Shown piece by piece: positions 9,252-19,160 of a stretch of 36,177 nucleotides of DNA. The number at the start of each line of letters is the position of its first letter. Within the stretch, counting starts at the first letter, position 1. The position numbers and the translations under genes are program-made. This DNA comes from a virus (Duplodnaviria; Heunggongvirae; Uroviricota; Caudoviricetes), in the IMG/VR virus record IMGVR_UViG_3300025133_006513, positions 117,289-153,465 of that record. One strand, 5' to 3'. The notes under the pieces are model-generated. The model saw only the letters and a program-made list of their open reading frames with translations, was not told the origin of the DNA and searched no databases.

Positions 9252-9938
9252 ATGGATATCAAGCCACAAGGTAAGCTTTGGATTGATGGGCAAGAACATA
9301 CGCCTGCCCCAATCCAGCGGTCTAAGTTCGCACTCAGCGAGATGGCTGACGACTGGCACTTCTTCAATCATGGTGCCATGTTTGCATACTGTGGTATGGC
9401 TTATCCTGAGGTTGACCCAGTCAGTGATTGGTTCGCCCAGCAAGAGAAGGGCACTGAGGTGCTCATGCAGCCATTTAAGACGCCAGTGTTCGAGGGCCTT
9501 GAGTCCCCGATACACGTGAGCGGGCTGATGTGGAACAACGTAATCTGTGCCGTACGTCATGAAGATTGGCCGTCACTCCTGGGTTTCCTGGGTGGCGTCG
9601 CTACGGTAGACAATGACAAGGAGCTGTTCGCGCAGGTCTTCACGGGAGACATTCAGATTCAAGACCCCGTGTTGGTTGAGCGATACAGCGTTATGCGTCC
9701 CGGGATCCCACGTATCACTGTCACAGTATTCTGTGCTGATACGAACAAGGATCGCTGGGAAGTGGTACCGCCGCACAATGATGCTGCGTTACCTTCGTTC
9801 AGACGAGTACAGCCCCGCCAGGAGCTCGTCGATATGGCGGAGGCTGTGCTGGGTGGTGACGCTTCTGCGTTACAACACAATAACCATCCTTCCATCCGGA
9901 AGGCATTAAACAAGCATGTACAGGAAGGACCAGGATAG
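9252..9938 (+). CDS. Hypothetical protein
   Basis: AAGGAG RBS before ATG 9252. Confidence 0.75.
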   Translation: MDIKPQGKLWIDGQEHTPAPIQRSKFALSEMADDWHFFNHGAMFAYCGMAYPEVDPVSDWFAQQEKGTEVLMQPFKTPVFEGLESPIHVSGLMWNNVICAVRHEDWPSLLGFLGGVATVDNDKELFAQVFTGDIQIQDPVLVERYSVMRPGIPRITVTVFCADTNKDRWEVVPPHNDAALPSFRRVQPRQELVDMAEAVLGGDASALQHNNHPSIRKALNKHVQEGPG

Positions 9939-10318
9939 TGGATATCACAGTAAGCTTACCCACGGCTATCGAGGGTACTTGGAGTTTGGTGGCTGAGGAC
10001 GGTACCGTGATGGCAAGCAGCGAGAAGCTGCATGGTGCCAAGCTGATCATCCAGCCAATTTTTTATGCTAACGCACAGGTGCAAACCATGGCTCGTGTTG
10101 CTGTTAAAGGCAACAAGGGCAGCGTTAACCGGCAAGCACTGAAAATCAGTGGTAACAAAGGCCTCGTGAAAGTCGAGAACAGTGACGCGGCACCTAAGCC
10201 GATCAGCTGCCCTTTTGACAAGCAGGTCCCTGAAAAGAAAGACAAGGTGAAGAAAGATGAACGAACAGTCGGCATCGGAAGTAACGTCGGCACCAAGCCC
10301 GCAAACGCACAATCCTGA
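9938..10318 (+). CDS. Hypothetical basic protein
   Basis: TAGTG coupling to upstream gene. Confidence 0.65.
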   Translation: MDITVSLPTAIEGTWSLVAEDGTVMASSEKLHGAKLIIQPIFYANAQVQTMARVAVKGNKGSVNRQALKISGNKGLVKVENSDAAPKPISCPFDKQVPEKKDKVKKDERTVGIGSNVGTKPANAQS

Positions 10319-10838
10319 TTGTACGCCTGCACAGGCTATCGCGATCACTAAGCGGATGAAGCATGTGTTTGATCTGGCCTACCAGCTCCTTAGCGGAGAT
10401 CAGGTAGGGCAGATCTGGGTTGTGTATGGTGTGGCAGGTGGGCAACCACCTACCGTCGTGACACTCGAAACCAAAGATGATCTGTGTGACTTGATCAGTG
10501 AGTTGCGGGCTAAGCATAATTCGCGAGCCCATGACGGTGATTACTACATCCACATCTTCTTCGGGCAGCGATGGCAGATCCAGAAAGGTCGTGAGTGGCA
10601 GCTCTATGATGGAGCATCGCTTACACCTATCGTCGGTGGTCGTGTTGCTGAGCTCTTGGACGCTACTGGTGGGTTAGGCGATAACGTCGACATGGACGAC
10701 ATCGTCGCTACACCGACAACACCAGCAGAGCCGGAGCCTGTAGATGAGCCGCCCGCAGCTGTCAGTCCTGCGGCGCCTATGCTTGGCGAAGAGCCAGAAG
10801 ATGACGATGATCTCGATGAAGATCCAGAGATCACGTAG
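10257..10838 (+). CDS. Hypothetical protein with Pro/acidic tail
   Basis: 193 aa ORF ending before terminator; start may be further downstream. Confidence 0.7.
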   Translation: MNEQSASEVTSAPSPQTHNPDCTPAQAIAITKRMKHVFDLAYQLLSGDQVGQIWVVYGVAGGQPPTVVTLETKDDLCDLISELRAKHNSRAHDGDYYIHIFFGQRWQIQKGREWQLYDGASLTPIVGGRVAELLDATGGLGDNVDMDDIVATPTTPAEPEPVDEPPAAVSPAAPMLGEEPEDDDDLDEDPEIT

Positions 10839-10870
10839 CGACTGAACACAGTACGTTAACAAGGCATTAT

Positions 10871-10906
10871 AAGGTGTTGGGCTTTTAGCTCAGCACCTTT
10901 TTTATT
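10871..10906 (+). terminator. Rho-independent terminator
   Basis: aaggtgttgggc-tttta-gctcagcacctt stem followed by T-run. Confidence 0.85.
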
Positions 10907-10935
10907 GGCATCCCTCTAACTTAAGGAGAGGAGAT

Positions 10936-11223
10936 ATGTTGCACCTCCCGTTGGATTATCCTCGCGGTTTGGTACAGAAAACTCCACGATTCTCAGCAGA
11001 TGGACAGACAGTGACAGTTACCTACGCGTATGTCTTCCCTGGGTGTCATGATTTGAGTATCCCACTCACGCCGGCACACCGTCCGCGTGAGCGGATGCCC
11101 AGGCTGATGTACCAAAGACTTCGGGATCAGGGGGTCCTGCGATTTAAGCGGGACTACGATGTTGAGCACGGTCAAGGAAAGGCCATGACTCACAAACCTA
11201 CGTTCGCTCTACAAGAGGTTTGA
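10936..11223 (+). CDS. Hypothetical protein
   Basis: Strong RBS AAGGAGAGGAG. Confidence 0.7.
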   Translation: MLHLPLDYPRGLVQKTPRFSADGQTVTVTYAYVFPGCHDLSIPLTPAHRPRERMPRLMYQRLRDQGVLRFKRDYDVEHGQGKAMTHKPTFALQEV

Positions 11224-12782
11224 AACTTATGACGGAAGAAATCAGGACGCTCGTAATTGGTGGTCAGGAGGCCGCCGTACAGGTACGCGAAGCAGCCGTA
11301 GCCCCGGAAGAAACTTCCGTGGCAACATCGGTAGCTCAGTTCGCTGAGCAACTCTTCGTGACCTATAATCAAGGGATCGCATGGCCGAAGGACACGTTCT
11401 TCGGTAAAAGTGGTTCTGAAATTTTACAAGCCATAAGGCTGTTCGCCGAGAAGGTGAACTACGCGAGAGCACAGGCCAAAGAGCCAAGCCTCAACGCACT
11501 CGAACTCGAGACGGTTGTGGAGCAACAAAGTGCATCACTCGCGTTATCGCTGCAGAACCTATGCCGCTGGACTGTATTAGTCAGACTCGGCGTACGTAAG
11601 GTGCAGCGAGACCTACTAGGACTTGTATCAATGCTACCTATGCCCTCCCGGGGCTCGGTCAAGCTCAATCGTCCCGCCGACAGTGTTGGCCGGACACATT
11701 ATGTTGTATCGCACTTATTTGGCGCAAAGTTTCTCTGCCGCGGATATGCGTTACAGTTTAATGATGAGGGTGACTGGACCTTAGGTGGTGCTACCAACAA
11801 CCGCTGGTTCAAAGACCTGTGGCTCACACCGGGCCTGCAGACTATCGACGCACTCACAGCGTCGAAGCGCAAGAAGCTTAGGCCGTCACATCGTAGTGAC
11901 CTATCTAAGCGGGAACAGAAAGCTTTGGCACAGACGGTCACCAATTTCAAAGGTAAGGTCGAAGCCACACGTGCCGCTGCCGGGATCTCAGCAGAGAATT
12001 TCAGTGCAGCACACGGGGCTCGCCTTGACCTTGAGAATAAAGCGATCATGGTCGCTGCGTTGCAATCTGTACGGTCATTATTGGCCCAAGCTATCGTGTA
12101 TCAGGAAGACAAGATACTCGACGGCATTGCAGGCCGCTGTGGTGGAACTAAAGCTGACCTGCTGGACGACCCTAGCATTGCTGGGCGTGAGCAGGACTCA
12201 GTACAGCACCACCTCGCAAGACGCTACGAGGCTTATAAGCACTTCCGTCCTGTTGGGAATCTTGAGATGCCCAAGGGATATATGGTGTTTGCGGAGCATG
12301 GGGTTCCCGACCGAATCCCCGCGGAAAACAGGACTGAGCTGACCGGTGTGTCCGGTGTATGTGTCGGTGCTGATTATCTCGCAACCAGGTATGACGTGGG
12401 CTCGCTTAAACGCAACCCCTCGGCCCTACCTGAGGTCGAAGACCTAACCCCCTTAATCAATGTCTGCGGCGTAACTACGCTTAATGGCAAGCTCATTGAT
12501 GATATGGACCTGGTCGTACGTGGTGAGAGTGAAGAGACACCTGAGGGTGTCGATTACATGCGGTATGACGTAGCCGGGCAACCGTCTGCTGAGATGCCTC
12601 TAGCAGAGTTTCTTCGGAAGACATCGGTACGTTTCATACCGATGGTGGTTAACTTTCAACGACGAAGGCTCAACGCCGAAGACCTACAAGGCACCCGTGA
12701 TGGGTTGTCTTGGGCGGTCTCATTTGACGACGTTAACGAAAGGTTTCGACCATGTCCGAAGAAGAAGAGGCAACCAAAGTAA
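11220..12782 (+). CDS. Hypothetical protein (520 aa)
   Basis: Long ORF overlapping upstream stop; start TTG 11220 or ATG 11229; no family recognised. Confidence 0.8.
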   Translation: MKLMTEEIRTLVIGGQEAAVQVREAAVAPEETSVATSVAQFAEQLFVTYNQGIAWPKDTFFGKSGSEILQAIRLFAEKVNYARAQAKEPSLNALELETVVEQQSASLALSLQNLCRWTVLVRLGVRKVQRDLLGLVSMLPMPSRGSVKLNRPADSVGRTHYVVSHLFGAKFLCRGYALQFNDEGDWTLGGATNNRWFKDLWLTPGLQTIDALTASKRKKLRPSHRSDLSKREQKALAQTVTNFKGKVEATRAAAGISAENFSAAHGARLDLENKAIMVAALQSVRSLLAQAIVYQEDKILDGIAGRCGGTKADLLDDPSIAGREQDSVQHHLARRYEAYKHFRPVGNLEMPKGYMVFAEHGVPDRIPAENRTELTGVSGVCVGADYLATRYDVGSLKRNPSALPEVEDLTPLINVCGVTTLNGKLIDDMDLVVRGESEETPEGVDYMRYDVAGQPSAEMPLAEFLRKTSVRFIPMVVNFQRRRLNAEDLQGTRDGLSWAVSFDDVNERFRPCPKKKRQPK

Positions 12783-13048
12783 TCGAGTACTTCGGTGACG
12801 AGGATGTCACTGTATGGCTGGAGGAGGCGAATGACGCTGCCCCGGTCATCTTCCCTTTATGGCCTGCTGACTTCCCTAAGTTTGTGCCCGTAGGCATGGA
12901 CTTCGATGGGAATATGCAGGTGGCTTTAACCCGGCGAGCATTACTTGATGCCCGCCACCCCCACGTTCTGTGGTTTTGTCGTATTGACATTGCCGAGTTA
13001 CTCGGTAACACGGACGCCCAGGCGTCTTGGTTTTCACAAGGAGGTTAG
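12752..13048 (+). CDS. Hypothetical protein
   Basis: 98 aa ORF, operon tiling. Confidence 0.7.
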   Translation: MSEEEEATKVIEYFGDEDVTVWLEEANDAAPVIFPLWPADFPKFVPVGMDFDGNMQVALTRRALLDARHPHVLWFCRIDIAELLGNTDAQASWFSQGG

Positions 13049-13052
13049 CTTA

Positions 13053-13235
13053 ATGGAGTCGGACAACGATATAGCTCTCTTAGAGCTTCGCAATCAGCTT
13101 GCTAGTATTATGGATACTAGCCATCCGAACTTCCTGCAGGAAGCACAGCTCGAACACGATATCCTCAAATTCGGGTTAACCGAAGAAGAGGTAGCAGCGA
13201 TCGATCTGTCTAATACCGTCGCGGTTATGGGCTAG
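13053..13235 (+). CDS. Small hypothetical protein
   Basis: AAGGAGG RBS before ATG 13053. Confidence 0.7.
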   Translation: MESDNDIALLELRNQLASIMDTSHPNFLQEAQLEHDILKFGLTEEEVAAIDLSNTVAVMG

Positions 13236-13265
13236 AATTTAGAAGCCCACCTAGTTAAACTCAAT

Positions 13266-13303
13266 CCCTGGGGCAGCATCTGCTGCCCTGGGGTTATTTT
13301 TTT
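13266..13303 (+). terminator. Rho-independent terminator
   Basis: ccctggggcagc-atct-gctgccctgggg followed by ttattttttt. Confidence 0.85.
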
Positions 13304-13347
13304 AGCTCTTGTTGGCGGCAGTGCTGTCACGATAGACTGGGAGCCTA

Positions 13348-14394
13348 ATGGCTGAGTTCAATCAAACACATCTGGGTGGAGCGCCGACACCTGATGCTTA
13401 TTCTGCATTGGCGCGTGAGCAGCACATAGGCAAAGGGTCTACGAGGGCTGTCGCTCTGCCATCAAATATGCCAGGCTTCGTGGTAGGCCGCTCCACATTA
13501 CAAGGGGCACCACCAGACTGGGATTCAAAGCATGTGGCAAATATCATCAATATCGATCCAGACGTAGCTGGCGAAGGCTTCACGCTCGACATGTCAACAA
13601 TCTCAGCAGATGCGTTCAATATGGCCGCACACGATGCTGAGCTTGGACGAGCACTGTCGATCGACGACCTTCGCGATAAGGCGTCTTCTGTTTACAGACA
13701 ATTGGCACAGGTAGATCCGCCACCGGCGGCACCGCAAGGAGTAGCGATTATGCAAGAAGGTACAATACCAGGGCTCAGTATGCCGTCCACACCCCCAGGA
13801 GCGTCCCCACTCGTACCTGCTGCCGTGGCTCCAATGCCGACGGTAGCTAACCCTGTCGGGGCGGTGAAGGCAGCGTCGTTCGCACAGCCGGCTGTCACAC
13901 AGCCAGTTGCCCCACAACCTATGGCCCATTCAGGCGTCCCTGTCCAACCGACAGTTACAGCCCCTATGACGCCACAGCAGCCCGCACCGTCGTTATTTGA
14001 GCAGTTAACCCCGCAGCCAGCGAGGCCAGCCCCGCGTATACCTACGCATGACACCACAGCAGCAGCTGGAGGTCCGCCAACATACCGACTGACCTTCGAG
14101 ATCCAGGACTTCCCGGTGAGCATCGAAGCGTGGTATCACGACGTTATTCGTAACGATCAAGTGTTGGTGCTGATCTATGACACACGCTGCGTCGGGTATC
14201 CGCGTACGCAATTGCAACCAACAGACAAAGACATCGCTGTCCACATCGATGGCAGCGATCAGATTTACGTTGTGCAGGACCCTTCGATCAACTTCACGGT
14301 GGATAGTCAGGAGTTCCAGGTTCTGCTTATCAAGAGTACAGCACCGTTCGGCGGTGCACCTGAATTACCTGCTGGCGACGCTACCACATTGTAA
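13348..14394 (+). CDS. Hypothetical protein with central Pro/Ala/Gln-rich linker
   Basis: 348 aa; GGGAG RBS; two apparent globular ends joined by low-complexity linker. Confidence 0.8.
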   Translation: MAEFNQTHLGGAPTPDAYSALAREQHIGKGSTRAVALPSNMPGFVVGRSTLQGAPPDWDSKHVANIINIDPDVAGEGFTLDMSTISADAFNMAAHDAELGRALSIDDLRDKASSVYRQLAQVDPPPAAPQGVAIMQEGTIPGLSMPSTPPGASPLVPAAVAPMPTVANPVGAVKAASFAQPAVTQPVAPQPMAHSGVPVQPTVTAPMTPQQPAPSLFEQLTPQPARPAPRIPTHDTTAAAGGPPTYRLTFEIQDFPVSIEAWYHDVIRNDQVLVLIYDTRCVGYPRTQLQPTDKDIAVHIDGSDQIYVVQDPSINFTVDSQEFQVLLIKSTAPFGGAPELPAGDATTL

Positions 14395-14428
14395 TCACAG
14401 CTGTGGTAGCTAGGAGATCCCTGGTATC

Positions 14429-14662
14429 ATGGACATCTACTTAAACGATCAACAATTAGAAGACGTAAGGAGATTTGCAATGGAAAAGCAAGCCGTTGTT
14501 CGCCCAGGTGTAACGCCTGACCTCGAACCCAAACCGCCCTGCTGCGGTAAATGTGGCTGTGATGCAGACGAGAAGCAAGCGTCTATTGCAGACCAACAAG
14601 CAGAAACCAAGCGATTGGTTTCGCAGGATGCCGTTAGTCGCCTCGCCGAAGACGCTGAATAA
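14429..14662 (+). CDS. Small hypothetical protein with CCxxCxC cluster
   Basis: PPCCGKCGCD; AGGAG upstream. Confidence 0.65.
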   Translation: MDIYLNDQQLEDVRRFAMEKQAVVRPGVTPDLEPKPPCCGKCGCDADEKQASIADQQAETKRLVSQDAVSRLAEDAE

Positions 14663-14681
14663 AGACTAAGGACGGGTATCC

Positions 14682-16697
14682 ATGTCGTACTTAATGCCTG
14701 ATTTTACTGGCGGTAATCGCGGTGCACAGAATGTTGAGCCCTTTCCGGACCCATTCTGCGACTACGCGTCGACCGCCATGCCTTCGTCACTGCAGAATGC
14801 TCACCGGTGGTGTGAATACATCATGCTGGCAAACGGGGTCTATCGCTCAGCGATCGATCGCGTCATTGCCTACTTCATCACCGAGATTGAGATAGAGGGT
14901 ACCGATCGTGAGGGGAAAGAGAAGTATCTCGACTACCTGAATAACACGCTGGGTATCTTCCACATTCTGCAGCAGGTGGCCCTGGACTACGTCACGTATG
15001 GCAACTTCTTTGCCTCAGTGGTCCTGCCCTTCCGTCGTAACCTCTCATGCCCTAAGTGTGGCTTTGAGGCACCGCTGCGGCGTATCCACGACAATCCCAA
15101 GTTCAGCTACTCGTGGAACAACTCGGAGTTTCATGCTTCGTGCCCGTTCTGCCAGTACAGCGGGAAGTGGACGCACATCGATCGACGGTCGCATGAAGAA
15201 GACGATATCGTGGTCAAGCGATGGAGCCCCCACGAGATGGAGCTGATCTGGGATCCTTACACGGATCAGGTTGGCCACATCTGGCGTATTCCTCAGCATT
15301 ACAAGTCGTACATCAACAAGGGCACGCTCTTCCACCTGGAACGAGCTCCCTGGGAAATCATCCAAGCTGTTAAGAATGGTACACACATCGAGTTCAACAG
15401 CGATGTGATCTACCACGGCAAGGAAGATACGCTTGCTGGCGTGTTGAACAAAGGGTGGGGTGTTAGTCGGATCCTGACGAACTTCCGTCAGGCTTGGTAT
15501 CTCCAAGTGTTGCATCGCTACAACGAGGCAATTGGTCTTGATTACATCATCCCGTTTCGTGTGATAACTCCCGAGCCGCGACCGGGCGGGGCTGGCGGTG
15601 GCGGAGAGGCGACAGATCCTCTCTTCACCGCCGACCTCGGCGGCTTCTCTGGTCAAGTCAACTCAATGCTACGTAAGCGTCGACAAGACCCAACCATGTG
15701 GTTCACACTGCCGTTTCCCCTCAGATACCAGTCGTTGGGCGCTGAAGCCAGTCAGATGGCTCCCCACGAACTCATGACCAACGCACTCGATACACTATTG
15801 TCAGCTGTTGGTATCCCCGTACAGTTCTACAAAGGTGATTTGACTGTACAGGCCGCGCCTGCCGCTCTGCGGCTCATGGAGAGCCACTGGAGTCACCTCA
15901 CGCATGTCTTGAACAACTTCCTGCAATGGCTCTGTAACAAGATCAGCATCGCCCTATCCTGGGATGATGTGATTGTTAAGCTCGCCAAGCCGAGCCACGC
16001 AGATGACCTCAACCGTCAGCTGGCTAAGCTCCAATTGATGATGGGTCAGCAGATCTCGCAGACAACAGGGCTCAAGAGTGTTGGGCTCAAGTTCGAAGAC
16101 GAACAGACCAAGATGCTCGACGAGCAGAAGTATGTCGCAGAGGAAAGCCAAAAAGCCCAGGAGGAGGTCGAGGCCTCCGGTTTGGGCGACCAAATGGCCG
16201 GCGGTGCCGCGGGTGGTATGCCACCTGGCGGAGACCCAGCGGCGATGGGAGGGATGCCTGGACCCGGAGCTGGAGGTCAGGTGCCACCCGCGCAGCCAGG
16301 CGCTGCAGGTGCGGCTGCTGCACCACCCGCGGGTGGTGGAGATCCACTGGCAGGTGCTATGCAGCCTATGGACCCTGTCCAAGCTGTATTGGCTCAAATC
16401 CCAATGGGTTCAGAGATGGGGATGACCCCGCAAGACCTCGAGACTATCGCGCAGACTGTAGCTCAATCGATCTACGGTATGCAAGGTGGCCAAAGAGCGT
16501 CAGCACTCCGGCAGCTTAAACAGAAGAACCCTACCGTACACTCGCTGGTTAAAAGCCTGCTGGAGGATATGGATTCACAGTCCGAGGCCCGGGGTCGCGA
16601 GATGGGACAACAAGAGGCTGGGATGGCCCAGCAGCAGTCAATGGCCCAACCACCGGCACCGCCAATGGGCGGCGGCGGTATGGGCGCACCAATGTAA
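14682..16697 (+). CDS. Probable phage portal protein with inserted Zn-ribbon and Gly/Pro/Met-rich tail
   Basis: Portal-like layout (VYRSAIDRVIAY; LDYVTYGNFF; IYHGK...GWGVSRI); CPKC...CPFC insertion. Confidence 0.65.
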   Translation: MSYLMPDFTGGNRGAQNVEPFPDPFCDYASTAMPSSLQNAHRWCEYIMLANGVYRSAIDRVIAYFITEIEIEGTDREGKEKYLDYLNNTLGIFHILQQVALDYVTYGNFFASVVLPFRRNLSCPKCGFEAPLRRIHDNPKFSYSWNNSEFHASCPFCQYSGKWTHIDRRSHEEDDIVVKRWSPHEMELIWDPYTDQVGHIWRIPQHYKSYINKGTLFHLERAPWEIIQAVKNGTHIEFNSDVIYHGKEDTLAGVLNKGWGVSRILTNFRQAWYLQVLHRYNEAIGLDYIIPFRVITPEPRPGGAGGGGEATDPLFTADLGGFSGQVNSMLRKRRQDPTMWFTLPFPLRYQSLGAEASQMAPHELMTNALDTLLSAVGIPVQFYKGDLTVQAAPAALRLMESHWSHLTHVLNNFLQWLCNKISIALSWDDVIVKLAKPSHADDLNRQLAKLQLMMGQQISQTTGLKSVGLKFEDEQTKMLDEQKYVAEESQKAQEEVEASGLGDQMAGGAAGGMPPGGDPAAMGGMPGPGAGGQVPPAQPGAAGAAAAPPAGGGDPLAGAMQPMDPVQAVLAQIPMGSEMGMTPQDLETIAQTVAQSIYGMQGGQRASALRQLKQKNPTVHSLVKSLLEDMDSQSEARGREMGQQEAGMAQQQSMAQPPAPPMGGGGMGAPM

Positions 16698-16740
16698 TCG
16701 AGGCCAAGGATGCGCACCGACGACGCAGGGAACAGGCCTA

Positions 16741-17790
16741 ATGGCAGACAGAATCGGTATTGTCACTCGGTGGCAACAACACGAAGTCTCGTACGCAGCT
16801 GTGCATCTCGCAGAGATGGCCAAGGTTCGCGGTACGTCTGCTGAAATCTTCGGGGCAGGGCCTGTGCGACGTGAGGTCGCCAAAGCCTGGGATTCCCGAG
16901 TCTTCACATCAAAACAACGAAGCTTTAGTATGTGGTCCCACCGCTGCAAGCGGATCATCTGGACACACGTACCCCCAATACGTGACATCGTGCACTTCAA
17001 TGACGCGGGTATCGACACGGCTCTACTGATTAGCTGGGAAGAGCTCACAGAAGAGGACCAAGCGGCGGTATTGACCTTCAATAAGATTATCCTTCCATAC
17101 CGGTGTGTAGGGCATTCCCTGCAGCAGGCGTGGAACTTAAAGGTCACGAACCCCGTAATGATGCCCTGGGATGTGCCGGTCCCCATCACGCGGAAGGAAA
17201 ACCGTGGACCGCATGATGAACTCACAGTGTATTTTCCAATGTATGATTCGCAACCGCAGCGGATCGATCAAGCTATCTTCGGTATGATGGCCAAGGTGCT
17301 TACAGCAACGGAGAATACAAATATCGTAGTGGCAGTAGGCCGTAGTTGGTCGCTGTCCTCTCGGCGGATACTCAAGACGCTCTTCAAAGAGTTCGGGTCT
17401 AGGATCACAGTGATCAAGCAGCCTGATATCTTGAAGCGTCTCTTGCTATTCGCGAAGGCAGATCTGACTGTCTGGGCTCCCAAGTTTGAGAGCCTTGCTT
17501 TGGTTGGACTGTCGTCCCTATGCATGGGCACCCCAGTAATTTCCTGGGATGTCCGCCCACAGAATGAATTCTTAGTGGCTTGGAAGAATGCCATATTGGT
17601 ACCAGCTGAGACCACAGAGAACTGGCTTGGTGTGCCAGCAGTGACGAGTGGGTATAGCGAATTTGCTGACGTCCTTGTGGCGACCTTGCGGGATAAGGGT
17701 CTGATAGCAAAGATGAAGGAACACACCAGAAATGGATTGGATTGCCGGCGGAAGCAGTTTGAAGCCGGCTGGAAAGAACTTAACCGATAG
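16741..17790 (+). CDS. Putative GT-B (GT4-like) glycosyltransferase
   Basis: C-terminal ADLTVWAPKFESLALVGLSSLCMGTPVISWD resembles GT4 signature (..E.FGL...EA...G.PVI); likely start ATG 16741. Confidence 0.65.
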   Translation: MADRIGIVTRWQQHEVSYAAVHLAEMAKVRGTSAEIFGAGPVRREVAKAWDSRVFTSKQRSFSMWSHRCKRIIWTHVPPIRDIVHFNDAGIDTALLISWEELTEEDQAAVLTFNKIILPYRCVGHSLQQAWNLKVTNPVMMPWDVPVPITRKENRGPHDELTVYFPMYDSQPQRIDQAIFGMMAKVLTATENTNIVVAVGRSWSLSSRRILKTLFKEFGSRITVIKQPDILKRLLLFAKADLTVWAPKFESLALVGLSSLCMGTPVISWDVRPQNEFLVAWKNAILVPAETTENWLGVPAVTSGYSEFADVLVATLRDKGLIAKMKEHTRNGLDCRRKQFEAGWKELNR

Positions 17791-17800
17791 GAGACACACA

Positions 17801-18094
17801 ATGTTGAAGAGACCCCTACTTGTTGTTATTGCGCTGCTGTATATGACAGCAGTCTGTGTAGCAGCATCCCCCGATCAGGCTAAGCCAGACCAGGCAAAGC
17901 CCGATCAAGCAGCACCAGATCAGGCAAAGCCAGACCAGGCAAAGCCCGATCAAGCAGTACCAGATCAGGTCGCAGCACCGCTTGTGCGTGTGGTCGGCCC
18001 TGTTGTACGCGTGGTTGGGCTACACCGTCGAGCTACGTATCGACACGCGCACCCTCCGCGGCGACACGCTCGGGTATCTTATAGAGTGAGGTGA
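17801..18094 (+). CDS. Small secreted/membrane-anchored protein with PDQAK pentapeptide repeats
   Basis: AGGAG RBS; N-terminal signal-like MLKRPLLVVIALLYMTAVCVAA; 7 PDQxx units; Arg/His-rich tail. Confidence 0.75.
   Translation: MLKRPLLVVIALLYMTAVCVAASPDQAKPDQAKPDQAAPDQAKPDQAKPDQAVPDQVAAPLVRVVGPVVRVVGLHRRATYRHAHPPRRHARVSYRVR
17870..17974 (+). repeat. Coding tandem repeat (7 x 15 nt, with a 45-nt duplication)
   Basis: ccagaccaggcaaagcccgatcaagcag(c/t)accagatcagg at 17885 and 17930. Confidence 0.9.
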
Positions 18095-18131
18095 ATCACG
18101 CTGGTAGCAATGGCAGTGACTTGATATCTTA

Positions 18132-18170
18132 GATGCAGGCGGCTCGGTTGTCGGGCTGCCTGCATTTTTT
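18132..18170 (+). terminator. Rho-independent terminator
   Basis: atgcaggcggctcg...cgggctgcctgcat followed by T-run. Confidence 0.8.
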
Positions 18171-18192
18171 TCGTAAACCCCTGAGGAATCCA

Positions 18193-18654
18193 ATGGTCGA
18201 TAACCAAATCAACCACCGTGAAGAGTTCCGGAAGCAAGTTGCTGCCGGAAATACAGACCTATCTAATCCGAAGAGGCACCAAGGTGCGTCTAACGTGGTC
18301 CCACCAAAACGCAAGCAACCCGCAAAAGGTGAAAACTTGACGGTTGCCGAGCTCATCGGTATGGAGAAGCCAGCAGACGCTCCTGTGGCAGCCCCGCTGT
18401 CCAGCACGTTGCCACCACCTACGGCTAACGTGGATACAGAGCTCCCTGCGATCAACGTCGATCCGAAGGAGGCTGAAGGCGAGGCACCCCCTGCTTTCGG
18501 TATCACGGCGTCTAATGATGACCGCTTCGCCGCCAACACTGGCGACGCTACAGAGGCCGCTGATGAGGCTGCCGACGAGGTGGCTGATCAGGATCAAAAC
18601 GACACCCCGTCTTACGAAGATGAAGACCAAGACGACGATGAGGACCTTGTTTAA
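18193..18654 (+). CDS. Hypothetical acidic, likely disordered protein
   Basis: GAGGA RBS before ATG 18193; D/E-rich tail. Confidence 0.7.
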   Translation: MVDNQINHREEFRKQVAAGNTDLSNPKRHQGASNVVPPKRKQPAKGENLTVAELIGMEKPADAPVAAPLSSTLPPPTANVDTELPAINVDPKEAEGEAPPAFGITASNDDRFAANTGDATEAADEAADEVADQDQNDTPSYEDEDQDDDEDLV

Positions 18655-19160
18655 TGGGACCTCGAAGGACACCACTTGAGAAAGCTGTGGGGGACGGGGA
18701 GCAACCTAAGTCGAAGAAGCCAAAGGGTAAAACCATGCGGCATAAGGCGGCTAAGCCTAAGCGTAATGCTCCCTGTCCCTGCGGGTCTAAGACCAAATAC
18801 AAAAACTGCTGCGGCAAGCCTGTCAGCCAGCATGTAACGGTAAATCCTTACCAATCTATCGCATCGCAGTACACACCCGAGCAACAAGCAGCATCGCTTG
18901 AGTTCGTTGAACGATGGGGCTTCACCCCTAACCCAACACAACTCATGATGTTCATGGAGGCAGAGACGAATGAGTTATCCGACTCAATCCTCCGCGGCTT
19001 GCGGGAGATCGATGCTCCGGATAACTACGTCTATGCTGTCAAGAAGCTCGGGCGACTGATAACCCCGAAGAACCAGCGGATGCAATCGCCTAAGACGATT
19101 GAAAGCTGGAACGCAGCAATGGCGGAGTACGAAGCATGTCAACAACCCACTTCAGAGTAA
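18654..19160 (+). CDS. SEC-C metal-binding motif protein
   Basis: RNAPCPCGSKTKYKNCCG matches SEC-C consensus CPCGSxxxYKxCC. Confidence 0.85.
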   Translation: MGPRRTPLEKAVGDGEQPKSKKPKGKTMRHKAAKPKRNAPCPCGSKTKYKNCCGKPVSQHVTVNPYQSIASQYTPEQQAASLEFVERWGFTPNPTQLMMFMEAETNELSDSILRGLREIDAPDNYVYAVKKLGRLITPKNQRMQSPKTIESWNAAMAEYEACQQPTSE

